A stretch of DNA of 49,419 nucleotides from Octopus sinensis (lineage: Eukaryota): contig NW_021834343.1 of NCBI RefSeq assembly GCF_006345805.1, forward strand, positions 1 through 49,419. Reading direction: 5' to 3'. The notes beneath the pieces were generated by a model. That model was not told where the DNA came from. It worked only from the letters and a program-made list of their open reading frames with translations, and did no database searches. A program made the translations under genes and the position numbers. How positions within the stretch are numbered: the first letter of the stretch is position 1; every line of letters starts with the position of its first letter. Of the stretch, positions 1 through 11,232 are shown in pieces.

Positions 1-868
1 CTTATCTGACGGCTAGTCATGATGGGTATATTGGGTTTCGTATATTGGGGATCTTTTCCGGCAGTTTTCAACACAATTTCTAGTTAACTAAACACTTTTA
101 AACTTCGTATACTGGTAGAATGTGTCAAAATAAAACATTTTTTCTCTTGACTTTCTTGAGAAAATTGTAATTTGTAAGTTTAACGTAGCTTAATTTTTCG
201 AATTTTAACCAATCCTATGCCCTCTATTGAGCTAAAATACTTTGCTGCGTCTAAAACAGACAACATCCTGTCACTAACCCTAGCCCTCACCCTAACCCTA
301 AATTTTAGTCTTTCGTTTTTTTTTTCTTAATTGTTAAATTAATTTAAGGATAACAATTAAGAAAAAAAAACGAAAGGCTAAAACGAAAGCAATGGAAAAT
401 AATTTTAATTTAGCAATTAAGAAAATAAAAACGAAAGGCTTAAACGAAAGCAAAAACTCAAAACAAAACCAAAACGAATAATTTTAGACACACGCGTAAC
501 AATTAAATTAATATAAAAATTAAGAAAAAAAACGAAAGACTAAAATTTAGGGTTATGGTTAGGGTTAGGGTGATGGTTAGGGTTAGTGACAGGATGTTGT
601 CTCAGTTTTAGATACAGCAAATGATTTTAGCTCAATAGAGAGCATAGGATTGGTTAAAATTCGAAAAATTAAACTACGTTAAACTTACAAATTACAATTT
701 TCCCAAGAAAGCCAAGAGAAAAAATGTTTTATTTTGACGCATTCTACCAGTATACGAAGTTTAAAAGTGTTTAGTTAACTAGAAATTGTGTTGAAAACTG
801 CCGTTCAAAAGGAAAAGATCCTATATTGGTACACCAGTTTCACTTTGATAGCATGCGTTGCTCTCTCA
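1..868 (+). mobile_element. 3' end of an interspersed (probably LINE-derived) repeat, interrupted by the 49-821 insertion
   Basis: Joining 1-48 to 830-868 gives a close reverse-complement match to 42715-42801. Both copies run into an (AAC)n/(AAT)n tract. Confidence 0.75.
49..821. mobile_element. Non-autonomous foldback DNA transposon with long TIRs and 8-bp TSD (Merlin-like termini)
   Basis: Termini GGATCTTTTCC (49-59) and GGAAAAGATCC (811-821). Inverted arms about 280 bp. TATATTGG is duplicated at 41-48 and 822-829. Arms contain CCCTAA/TTAGGG-like repeats. Confidence 0.9.
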
Positions 869-1722
869 ACAACAACAAAGACAACAACAACAACACAACA
901 ACAATAATAATAATAATAATAATATCAAGGGCGTTGCCTGTTCTTCTTTGACTAAAAAGTAACGAATTGGAATAAAAGATTAGTAAATGTCGACTATTGT
1001 GTTTACCCTGCTTGAAGAAGGATAATATAATTGTTTCGACAATAAATCATTTAAAGACGCCACCCGAGCTATTTTTTGCATTTAATTGTCTGTAAGAATT
1101 TTCTTACAAAGAAATGTATACCCGAATACATACAAATATTTCGGAGGTGTACATGCTAGACAAGAGATTTGATCTGGAACCGTGTGTTGAAGCAAAAACG
1201 ATAGCAGCGCTATTAACCATTCAATAACACCCAAAAGCCACATGAGAAGGAAATAATTGCCTGACAACAAAGACAAAACATATTAGCAAATGATTTACAT
1301 TTGAAAAGACAATAAAAGGGAAAGGCTGAAACAAAGTTTCATGACAAAAAACGAGGCGTTTAAAGTTATTCAATAGCAAAGGCAAATGGTAAGTATTTAT
1401 CTTTCACGCTGCAATCGTTTTTGTTTGAACACACGGTCCCAGATCAAATCGCTTTCGTAGCAAGTATATATCTCCGAAGTATTCGTATATATTTGGGTAT
1501 ATATTCCTTTGTGCCAAAATCATAACAGACAGTTAAATACGAAAAATAGCTCGGGTGGAGTCGCTAAGTGATTTATTGTCGAAACAATTATATATTTTCT
1601 TCTTCAACCAGGATAAATACAATTTACTTTGTGAATCTTTTACCTCAATTTGTTACCTCTTAGTCAGAGAGGAACTGGTAATGACCTTGATATTATTATT
1701 ATTGTTATTGTTGTTGAGAGAG
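861..1722. repeat. Diverged long inverted repeat (old foldback/MITE)
   Basis: About 922-1209 is the diverged reverse complement of about 1407-1692 (e.g. TATAATTGTTTCGACAATAAATCA / TGATTTATTGTCGAAACAATTATA). Core ends are TA|TCAAGG...CCTTGA|TA. Symmetry extends through the flanking AAT/AAC tracts. Confidence 0.85.
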
Positions 1723-1740
1723 ATTGATAAGTAGGTAGAT

Positions 1741-1786
<46 letters not shown>

Positions 1787-1932
1787 AGGTACTGCTTTAT
1801 ACTTCAGAATTCAGCTATATTATTCACAACAACGATCCACATAACCTTAAGCAGTAACTTGGTATATACTATGTGCTACGATACTGACATTCTACATCTA
1901 TATTGAGTACTCTTGTTATTCATCTTTGTAAA

Positions 1933-1973
<41 letters not shown>

Positions 1974-2185
1974 TATATCATATCTTTGAGCTAGAGATAA
2001 GCAGTAACAGTACGGAATCGTAAAATATATTTGCCAACTAAATGAGGCGGTCCCATAGAGGATGATGTTACTATTGTTTTTAGCCCCAGGAAAACATCTG
2101 CTCCAGCTGGCTAACGACACACTGTCAGTGTCCGATTAGTATTTGCGAGGGGAGGTCATCGCTCCCATCTCTAGCCTACGTGATA

Positions 2186-2230
2186 CACAGAGACCCGGGT
2201 TTCTGAGTAGTTACTCGTCTTCAGTGTGTG
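2186..2230 (-). ncRNA. Type I hammerhead ribozyme motif (GUC site)
   Basis: Minus strand: cacaca-CTGAAGA-cGAGTaactACTCa-GAAAC-ccgg-GTC-tctgtg. Stem I pairs 5/6 and stem III is palindromic. Confidence 0.75.
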
Positions 2231-2304
2231 ATAATCACCAGCTAGTGATAAGATCTCATTCCACCCGCTAAATACTATATGCTTTTTCCAATATATATAT
2301 TATA

Positions 2305-2750
2305 TAGGAGCATGCGCAGCCGAGTAGTAAGAAGTTTTCTTCCAACCACATGGTTCCGGGTTCATTCCCACTGCGTAGCACCTTGGGCAAGTGTCTCCTA
2401 CTATAACCTCGGGCCGACCAAAGCCTTGTGAGTGGATTTGGTAGACGGAAGCTGTAAGAAGACTGTCGTATATATATATATATGTGTGTTTGTGTCTGTG
2501 TGTGTGTCTGTGTGTGTGTGTGTGCGTGTGTGTGTGTGTGTTTGTCTGTGTTTGTTCCTCCACCATCGCTTGACAACCGATGTTGTTTACGATGTTGTGT
2601 GTTTACGTTCCCGTAACTTAACGGTTCGAGAAAAAAACCGATAGAACTAGTATTAGGCTTACAAAGAATAAGTCCTGGGGTTCGACTAGGCGACATTCCA
2701 GCATGGCCACAGTCAAATGACTGAAACAAGTAAAAGATTAAAAGAATGAA
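2305..2750 (+). mobile_element. SINE family A (tRNA-like head, CORE-like CACCTTGGGCAAGTG, internal (TA)n(TG)n, tail ...GACTGAAACAAGTAAAAGA)
   Basis: Full-length copy, homologous to 30380-30898 (-), 4722-4885 and 5445-5620. Confidence 0.85.
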
Positions 2751-3337
2751 AGAATATGTGTGTGTGTATCTGTGTTTCGGTGTGTCTTTCTGAGTATGCA
2801 TGTGTGTGTATATATACACGTGTGTGTATATATATACACGTGTGTGTATGCGCCCGGGTATGTATGTTTGTTGGTGTATGTACCTGCAAATATGTGTATG
2901 TACGTGTGTATTAAGGTGAAAGTAAGTTATTCATTACGTAAGTAATCGTCTCACCGGCCTCACCAATGGCACCACAGATTGCAAAACGTTGATCTGTTTC
3001 AACTGCTAAATTAATATCACACTCAGACATTAATTAAGTTCAGCTTTATCAACTTAAATACGCTAATTAATATCAAACTTTCGAGACTTATTGCTTTCAC
3101 AGTCCCATATGGTGCGTTCCCTCAACACCAATAAAGTTTTCCAAATTACCGCCGTCGCTGCTGTTTAGTTCTCGGTCAGTTCTGATTGAGAAGACCAATG
3201 AGAATAGGCGTTCAAGATTTGACCGTTCCGTCTTAACTTTTTGGAAACAGCGTACACTAGACATCATCACTAAATTTGACCTTTCTTCTAAGAATTAGTG
3301 TTTGACATGAGATTAATTTGATTGTTATATATAGTAT

Positions 3338-3600
3338 AATCAATAATATAAATGCGCCCTTTTGAAGCCTAGCCAGGCTCATGGGCTCGGTTTCCCGGTT
3401 TCAATGGCGTATGTGTTACCCAGTTGGGCGGGACGCCAGTCCATCGCAGCGTTACTCATTTTTGCCAGCTGAGTGGACTGGAGCAACGTGAAATGAAGTG
3501 TTTTTCTCAAGAACACAACGCGTCGCCCGGTCCAGGAATCGAAACCACAATCTTACGATCATGATGCTGACACCCTAACCACTAAACCACGCGCCTCCAC
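3338..3600 (-). mobile_element. tRNA-derived SINE family C
   Basis: A box TGGTTTAGTGG and B box GTTTCGATTCC on the minus strand. 12-bp TSD TATATATAGTAT at 3326-3337 and 3601-3612. Paralogue at 15052-15295. Confidence 0.9.
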
Positions 3601-4264
3601 TATATATAGTATGTTACGTGATAACGTAATAGCTTCCTTATTGGCCCCAAATCTTCAAGGTTTTATTTAGCCGGATAAGGAATCTTCTACATGGCACACA
3701 ATCTTCCAGAAATGGAACGAAAATTTGTCTCAATCTTCATCCTTTATCGTATATTATAAAAGAGAAGCTGATCTCCGTGAATCTATCAGTAACAACATCT
3801 GTCTATAGAGAAGGAATAAGGGGGGGAGAAAAGTCGTTGAGAGGGACATACAGTAAGAGAGAGAGAGAGAAGGTGTGTGTGGAAGTTAGATAAATTGGTT
3901 GTGTTGTCACCTTAGTAACTAACAATTTACTAAAGTAACTAACAAGTTTTAAGTGTTAGTACCTAACGAGTTTTAAGTGCAAGTTTGTCGACAAAACACA
4001 ATGCAGGCTTAAAAAAAAAAGACTATATATATATATATATATATAATATTAGGGAGTAAATCCAAACTTACAGGGAAAAATTAGATTTAGGATTAAATCC
4101 AATTTTACAGTATAAATATATATATTTATGATATATAATTATATATATATATAATATTATAATATATATTTATAATATCTCTAATTTAATATATGTATAT
4201 TTTGGTTGTGTGTGTGTATGAGTGTTTGTGTGTGTATGTGTGAGTTTGTGTGTGTGTGTGTGTG

Positions 4265-4302
<38 letters not shown>

Positions 4303-4479
4303 CAATATATATAAAAAGCAATATAGACTTTAAAAAAGGATTCTCACTCTGAACAATTTATGAAAGTACGTGCATGATTAAAAATATTTTTATTGGCACC
4401 GTGGTAACGGATAACGATCTAGTTTTATAAAGGCAGAAGGTCGTATTTTGATAATTTGGCTGTGAGAGCAAGTACTTGA

Positions 4480-4700
4480 CTGGCTCTCTATTTTATCAAC
4501 TCCGTAAGGATGAAAGGCAAAGACCCCCGACAGAGTTTTAATTCAGAACGTAAAGAGCAGAAAGAAATACCCTTTCTAATATAAGAACAAGGCCTGGACT
4601 TTTGGAGATGTTCACTCGATTACATCGATCCCTGTACTCATCTGGTACTTATTTTATCGACCCCGAAAGGATGAAAAGCACAGCGACCTTGGCGGAATAC
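4480..4700 (-). mobile_element. Degraded SINE family B fragments (head continues at about 5625-5668)
   Basis: TCGACCCCGAAAGGATGAAA core. The family-B head AACGATTCTGCCAGCTC appears at about 5643-5660, after the intervening SINE A. Confidence 0.7.
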
Positions 4701-4721
4701 AGCCTTTAAAAATACCACTAA

Positions 4722-5337
4722 GGCGCAGGAGTGGCTGTGTGATAAGAAGCTTGCTTCCCAACCACATGATTCCGTGTTCAGTCTCTCTGCGTGGCACCTT
4801 GGGCAAGTGTCTTCTACTAAAGCCTCGGACCGACCAAATCTTTGTGAGTGGATTTTTGAAGACGGAAACTGAAAGAAGCCCGTCGTATATATATATATAT
4901 ATATTATATATATATAATATATATATACATATATACAAAATTTAGAGGAATGACCACTAAAGTGGACACTCTATATGCTAAACATAGACGTCAAATCGCC
5001 ATTATCATGAAGAATGTGTTCTCAAGAAAAATCTCAGCAAAAAGCCAAAATGTAAAAATAAGCAAGGCAAATGAAAATATACGAAATAAAAAACTATTAC
5101 CAATGTACCATTGGTTTCACTTGTTAATATTTCCGTATATGAACACACAAATATCTGCAAGATCATCAGCATAGTCTGCCGCTTACAAAGCATAAATTCC
5201 AGAACTAGATACAGAACACTCAACCTCTAAATTTTGTATGTAACACAATTTTTAATCTTCGGATTTTTTAAAATATGCTAAGCCACTGGATTTAATTGAT
5301 TAATATCAATTTCTACCTTTAATATTTAATTATACAT

Positions 5338-5402
<65 letters not shown>

Positions 5403-5620
5403 GTATGTATGTATTATGTATTTGTTGTATCTGTATTTCTCTCTCCCCACCGATGTGGTGGTTTTTACGTCCCCGTAACTTAGCGGTGCGACAAAAGAGT
5501 CCGATAGAAGAAGCACTAGGCTTACAAAGACTAAGTCCTTGGATCGATTAGTTCGACTAGAGACGGTGCTCCAGAATGGCGGCATTGAAATGACTGAAAC
5601 AAGTAAAAGAGTAAAAGAGT
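4722..5620 (+). mobile_element. SINE family A split by an insertion in its internal microsatellite
   Basis: 5' half (4722-4885) and 3' half (about 5445-5620) match 2305-2750. An unrelated island (about 4940-5330) lies between the TA tracts. Confidence 0.8.
5099..5175 (-). ncRNA. Type I hammerhead ribozyme motif (GUA site, long stem II)
   Basis: Minus strand: actatg-CTGATGA-tCTTGcagATATTTgtgtgttcatatacggAAATATtaaCAAGt-GAAAC-caatg-GTA-cattggt. Stems I, II and III can all be paired. Confidence 0.8.
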
Positions 5621-5789
5621 AAGTATTTTATTCTGGCACAGTAACGATTCTGCCAGCTCACCGCTATGAGGCGTACTTAGATAATGCAATCTTAGATACA
5701 ATATGGCTGACAAAAAAAAATACACCTGGATTCTTGAGACTGGAAACCGATTACTCATATGACATGATTTGTGGAGTTTGTCGCTATCT

Positions 5790-5995
5790 GCGGACTTCCG
5801 TTTCTTGTGGACATTCTGAACAGTTCCATCTGCTTCAAACGTTTCTCTAATTCGAGTTATGGTACATTGCGTTGATGGATCTCTTTCAAACTCTCCACTA
5901 AACCGTCCTTGCACTTCGACTACACTTTCATACTTACAGTAGCACTTTAGAATAAATTAAATTTGTTCAAAGCTTTATCAGGTTACCTTCATTAT
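5790..5995 (-). pseudogene. Relic of the N-terminal HTH (DUF4817-like) of a Tc1/mariner-superfamily transposase
   Basis: Translation ...FILKCYCKYESVVEVQGRFSGEFERDPSTQCTITRIRETFEADGTVQNVHKKR resembles DUF4817-type transposase starts. Recognised from memory; no catalytic domain present. Confidence 0.6.
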
Positions 5996-6084
5996 TTATA
6001 ATAGGTTAAATCTACAAAGAAATGTAAACTGAGTTATCAGCTGTTAAAGCGTGTATACATTTTTGGGAGGGAAGGAGACATCAT

Positions 6085-6097
6085 GTAGGTAGGTAGG

Positions 6098-6156
<59 letters not shown>

Positions 6157-6169
6157 GTAGGTAGGTAGG

Positions 6170-6220
<51 letters not shown>
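6085..6220. repeat. (GATA)n/(GGTA)n microsatellite
   Basis: Seen directly in the sequence. Confidence 0.95.
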
Positions 6221-6221
<1 letters not shown>

Positions 6222-6707
6222 ACCAAATAAGTATGTATATATACACACCCTGGATACGAGCTTGCTAGTGAATGTGTATATAATTGTGTGTACAGTATTA
6301 TAAATCATGATGGATACACAGTGGGGTTTCTGTTTATTGGTCGACATTAAACTAATCAATGACGTCAGACCCAAGGGGTGTACATAAACAAAATGTATTT
6401 AGATGTAGGTGTATAAATAATCAACTGCAAGCAACGCTTAACTTAATTTTAATTCCCCCGAATTCAGTATAATTACTATTCCAAAGAGCTTTCGTCGGTG
6501 GCGCGTGTCATGGTGCTGTTAATGGTTGCTCTCAGTGTGTGTGGGTGGGGCTATTTGTTGTTCGTAAGAATTTGTAGCGTTGTTGTGTTCTTGGTCATAG
6601 CTGTGATGTCCCTAGTGACGGTTGTGATGTCGTATTGTGATGGTGACGTTGTTGCAGATAGTTCGTTGCTGTGACGTTCTAAGTGACGGTTGTGAGGTTG
6701 TGAGGTT

Positions 6708-7124
6708 TAAGGCGGCGAGCTGGCAGAATCGTTAGCACGCCGGGCGAAATGCGTAGCCGTATTTCGTCTGCCGTTACGATCTGAGTTCAAATTCCGCCGA
6801 GGTCGACTTTGCCTTTCATCCTTTCGGGGTCGATAAATTAAGTAACCAGTTACGCACTGGAGTCGATGTAATCGACTTAATACCTATGTCTTTCCTGTGT
6901 TGTCCCCTCTTGTTTAGCCCCTTGTGGGTAGTAAAGAAATAGGTATTTCGTCTGCCGTTACGTTGTGAGTTCAAATTCCGCCGAGGTAGACTTTGCTTTC
7001 ATCCTTTCGGGGTCGATAAATTAAGTACCAGTTACGCACTGGGGTCGATGTAATCGACTTAATACCTATGTCTGTCTTTGTTTGTCCCCCTCTGTGTTTA
7101 GCCCCTTGTGAGTAATAAAGAAAT
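6708..7124 (+). mobile_element. SINE family B, dimeric copy
   Basis: Head GGCGGCGAGCTGGCAGAA, B box GAGTTCAAATTCC, central GCCTTTCATCCTTTCGGGGTCGATAAATTAAGTACCAG. The body occurs twice. 13-bp TSD AGGTTGTGAGGTT at 6695-6707 and 7125-7137. Confidence 0.9.
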
Positions 7125-7139
7125 AGGTTGTGAGGTTGG

Positions 7140-8300
7140 TGATGGTTGTAATGCTTTTAAAAATAGTCTTGGTGTTGTGATGTTGTTGAAGGTAGTTGTG
7201 ATGTGAGGTGATGTTGTGAGTGATGCTGTAGGTGTTGATGGTGACGGACAGACTGATGTTGATGATGGCGATAAAGCTTGTAACAGAGTTTGTTGTTAGT
7301 GGTGCGTGTAGTGTGGAGGTGCCAGTTGTGGTGGTGATACAGTTGTGGTGCTAGTCGTGATAGTGGTGCTGGTGGTAATGGTGGTGAGAGTAGCTCTGGC
7401 AGTGCTAGCTATGGAAGTTGCAATCGCAGCTGTGTCAGTGGTTATTTCTAAAGAATCTGATTGTACTGAGGGTAGCTGAAATCATGGTGGTGGTGATGGT
7501 GATAGTGGTGCTGCTGGTGGTGGTGGTGCTGCTACTGTTGCTACTGCTGCTGCTGGTAGTAATGCTTGTAGTGGCGCTGGTGGTGTTGTTGTTTATTTGT
7601 TGTTTATAGAGAGACTGATTGTGCTGTGGATAGCTGTAACCGTAGTGGTTGGGGTGGGGGTGGGGGCAGCTGGATGTGACGTATATGGTGACATCGGTTA
7701 CATCACTGCTTCTGTTGTTGCTATGCAGATGATGATGACGATGACGATGGTTGTGGTTGAGGTGGTGGTGGTGTTGCTGCTGTTTGTGGTGGTGGTGGTG
7801 GTGGTGGTGGTGGTGGTGGTGGTGGTGATGGTGGTAGTGGTAGTAGTAGTGGTAGTGATAGTGATTGTGGTGGTGGCTGGTGGTAGTGATGGAGGTGGTG
7901 GTTGGTGGTAGTGGTGGTGGTGGTGGTGGTGGTGGTGGTGGTGGTGGTGGTGGTGGTAGTGATGGTGGTGGTGGTTGGTGGTGGTGGCGGTGCTGCTGCT
8001 GGTGCTGGCGCAGATACAGCTACTGCTGTGGGTAGTGGTGTTGATGAAAGTGCTCATTGTGGTGGCGGCGACGGCGACGGTGGCGGCGGTGGCGGCGGCG
8101 GCGGCGGCGGCGGCGCGACGGCAGCGGCGCGACGGCGGTGGTGGTGGTGGTGGTGGTGGTGGTGGTGGTGGTGGTGGCCACGACGACGACGACGACGACA
8201 ATAATGATGATAATGACGACAACGATGACCAACCACTCCGACGACGACCACAACGACAACGGACAACGACGGCAGCGGCGGCGGCGGCGGTGGCGTCTAC
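7140..8300. repeat. Degenerate G-rich trinucleotide tract ((GGT)n, (GGC)n, (GAC)n)
   Basis: Seen directly; explains the poly-V/H/P/T ORFs. Confidence 0.9.
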
Positions 8301-8589
8301 AATGATTGAGCAGCAATAAGGTGACCGCATTTGAAGGTAGATTCCGTAATATAATTATTAATCAATTGCATGCAATAAAGGCTGTTCCAACAACCCGCCT
8401 TATTCCCTCTCACCTTTGCCCTCGCAGATCACTCCGAACTAATGAACCTGTTGCAAATATTTCATCTGCAAACGATTCCTTCCCAGCATTCACTCAGCCC
8501 CAACATTTGGTCGCTCTAATTAGCTTTATTAATCATTTTCTGACCACTCAGCTCGGTCGAGAGTTGGTTGGCTGGTTCACTGGTTTGCT

Positions 8590-8875
8590 GGCTGGTTGTT
8601 TGGTCGGTTGTTTGGTCGGTTGTTTGGTCGGTCGGTCGGTCGGTCGGTCGGTCGGTCGGTCGGTCGGTCTGTCGGTCGGTCGGTCAGTCGGTCTGTCGGT
8701 CGGTCGGTCGGTCGGTCGGCGGTCGTCGGTCGGTCGGTCGGTCGGTCGGTCGGCCGGTCGGTCGGTCGGTCAGTCGGTCGTTCGGTCGGTCGGTTGGAGG
8801 GTTGGTCGGTCGGTCGGTCGGTCGGTCGGTCGGTCGGAGGGTTGGTCGGTCGGTCGGTTGGAAAGTTGGTCGGTC
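8590..8875. repeat. (GGTC)n tetranucleotide microsatellite, followed by (TACA)n to about 9060
   Basis: Seen directly in the sequence. Confidence 0.95.
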
Positions 8876-9079
8876 ATATATACGTACATATATACGGTCA
8901 TATATACGTACATACATGCATACATACATACACGCACAAACATACATAAATACACAAACACATACATACACACATACATACACACATACATACACACATA
9001 CATACATACATACATACATACATACATACATACATACATACATACATACATACACACACACATATAGCTACATACGTAT

Positions 9080-9430
9080 GACATTATTCAGTTTTATTTC
9101 AAGATTTCTTTCCAATAGAGAAAGAACCGGTTTCTAGCCTATATCCAAGACTCCTTCATTGGAATTTCAACATCAAGCAGATTTGTATGTTTTGTTTTAT
9201 GTGCGTATTCTCATGCATAGAGTTCCGTATCTACACATGCTCATATATACTTAAATGATAAACTTATGGAGTGTTTTACAGATTTTTACAGTTCCAGTGA
9301 TGGCTTGGATCTGTAGTCTTTAAATTAGCTTCCTTCTTTCTGGTTTTCAGAAGCCTAATTTCTCAAGGTTGGTATTTAGGCAGTGTGTTATCCCAGTGTC
9401 CCAATAATTACAGGTATAAACCTGAACTTG
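9080..9430 (-). mobile_element. 3' fragment of an R4/Dong-like RLE non-LTR retrotransposon
   Basis: Minus-strand translation KFRFIPVIIGTLG...CLNTNLEKLGF..RLQIQAITGTVKICKT followed by a 3' UTR. Homologous to 27700-27975. Confidence 0.75.
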
Positions 9431-9530
9431 TTTGTATATATGTATGTATGTTTGTATGTATGTATGTATATATGTGTGTGTGTTGTGTGTGTGTACTATG
9501 TATGTATGAATGTAAACACTAATGAATGAA

Positions 9531-9690
9531 GATTTATTCGTGAATTATTAATTTATCAGCAGCGTACGTTTCAAGTAGAATACCACATCTCAAAATCGAT
9601 TGATTAAACGAGTATAAATGCAGTATTGCAGTATTTTGAAATGTACTATTCTATTTGAAACGTACGTAATTGTTAAATCATTAATAAATC
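9531..9690. repeat. Short palindrome/hairpin
   Basis: 9563-9596 vs 9633-9666 form 34-bp arms with 4 mismatches. Outer GATTTATT/AATAAATC. Confidence 0.8.
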
Positions 9691-9973
9691 TCGATTCTTT
9701 TGTACTTTTTCCTATTACACTCTGCTGCTACACACTTAATTTAAACTGAATTAATTCAGTCTTTGAACTTTGGATTTACAAACTGGATTAGTGACAGAAA
9801 AGGAATTTACAATCAATGTGGATTATTGTGGCATTCACAGGACAATTTATTTGACCGGGTTTGATACCTACGGAGTGCTTATACAGAACTCGTCTGGATT
9901 CTTTACTCACTTTTCCTTCATTATATATACATATATACATTTATACATGTGTGTGTATGTGTGTGTGTGTCTG

Positions 9974-10029
<56 letters not shown>

Positions 10030-10034
10030 TATAT

Positions 10035-10088
<54 letters not shown>

Positions 10089-10322
10089 GTGTGTGTCTGT
10101 GTGTCTGTGTGTGTATTTGGTTAATGAGACGGAAGATAGATAATTCTTATTAGTCACTATAATTGTTTCAACCCATCTAGCATTGATCCCTCACGGGTGG
10201 GATACTTAACAACTAGTTTAGGAGCAGCTCTCGGTGTAGATTTTCGGGTAATAATTAAATATAACTCGTTAAAATAACGACTGTTCTGCAAGATATCTTC
10301 TCGGTTCGTGTAAAGAAAATCA

Positions 10323-10361
<39 letters not shown>

Positions 10362-10476
10362 TACATATATATATATTGATAGAAAAAGCAAGACAACAAA
10401 AGAATGAAAGAGACCTCGATATTATGTAAATAGAGGAATTTATCTGTAAATATATGTGACAATTATTCGGTAGCCA

Positions 10477-10539
10477 TGATAAAACTCCGAGTTTCGGATG
10501 ACGGGACGGAAACCCACGCCGACATCTCTTCAGTTATCA
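10477..10539 (-). ncRNA. Type I hammerhead ribozyme motif (GUU site)
   Basis: Minus strand: tgataa-CTGAAGA-GATGtCGG...CCGtCATCc-GAAAC-tcgga-GTT-ttatca. Perfect 6-bp stem I. Confidence 0.8.
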
Positions 10540-10597
10540 GGCCATCGAATATTTTTATCATGGCGTTTTATCATGGCTACCAAATAATGGTCACATA

Positions 10598-10988
10598 TTA
10601 TATATATATGTACATATATATACATATATTTATACATGCATATATATATATACATACATATATATATACATATATATACATATATACATATATATACATA
10701 TATATATATACATACATATATATATACATATATATATATACATATATACATATATATACATATATATATATATACATACATATATATATACATATATATA
10801 TACATATATACATATATATATACATATATACATATATATACATATATACATATATATATACATATATATATACATATATACATATATATATACATATATA
10901 CATATATATATACATATATATATATATACATATATATATACATATATATATATATACATACATATATATATGTATATACATACATATA

Positions 10989-11025
<37 letters not shown>
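10598..11025. repeat. Compound (TA)n/(TACATA)n microsatellite
   Basis: Seen directly in the sequence. Confidence 0.95.
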
Positions 11026-11027
<2 letters not shown>

Positions 11028-11037
11028 TGTGTATGTG

Positions 11038-11132
11038 TCAGAGGAGTTTAAAACCTCTAAGGGATAATTAAATTCAAACGCGCTCCTGGTGATTACCTGA
11101 GAAGGTACAGTCCTTTGTAAAGTTGTATGGTA
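11038..11132 (+). repeat. Short interspersed repeat of unknown class, embedded in microsatellites
   Basis: Reverse-complement match to about 29390-29490 (AGGGATAATTAAAT..CGCTCCTGG..ACCTGA..AGGTACAGTCCTTTGTAAAGTTGTA). Confidence 0.75.
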
Positions 11133-11170
11133 ATATATATGTGTGTGTATGTATGTGTGTGTGCGCGCGC

Positions 11171-11232
<62 letters not shown>

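Noticed and set aside
275-585. Telomere or chromosome-fusion site
   Set aside because: Only a few degenerate units, located symmetrically inside transposon arms.
5160-5175. TATGCTGATGAT read as an RT YADD motif
   Set aside because: No flanking RT motifs; better explained as the hammerhead CTGATGA core with complete stems.
7418-9137. Long ORFs rich in V, H, P, T or GRSV
   Set aside because: Translations of (GGT)n, (GGTC)n and (TACA)n repeats, open in many frames on both strands.
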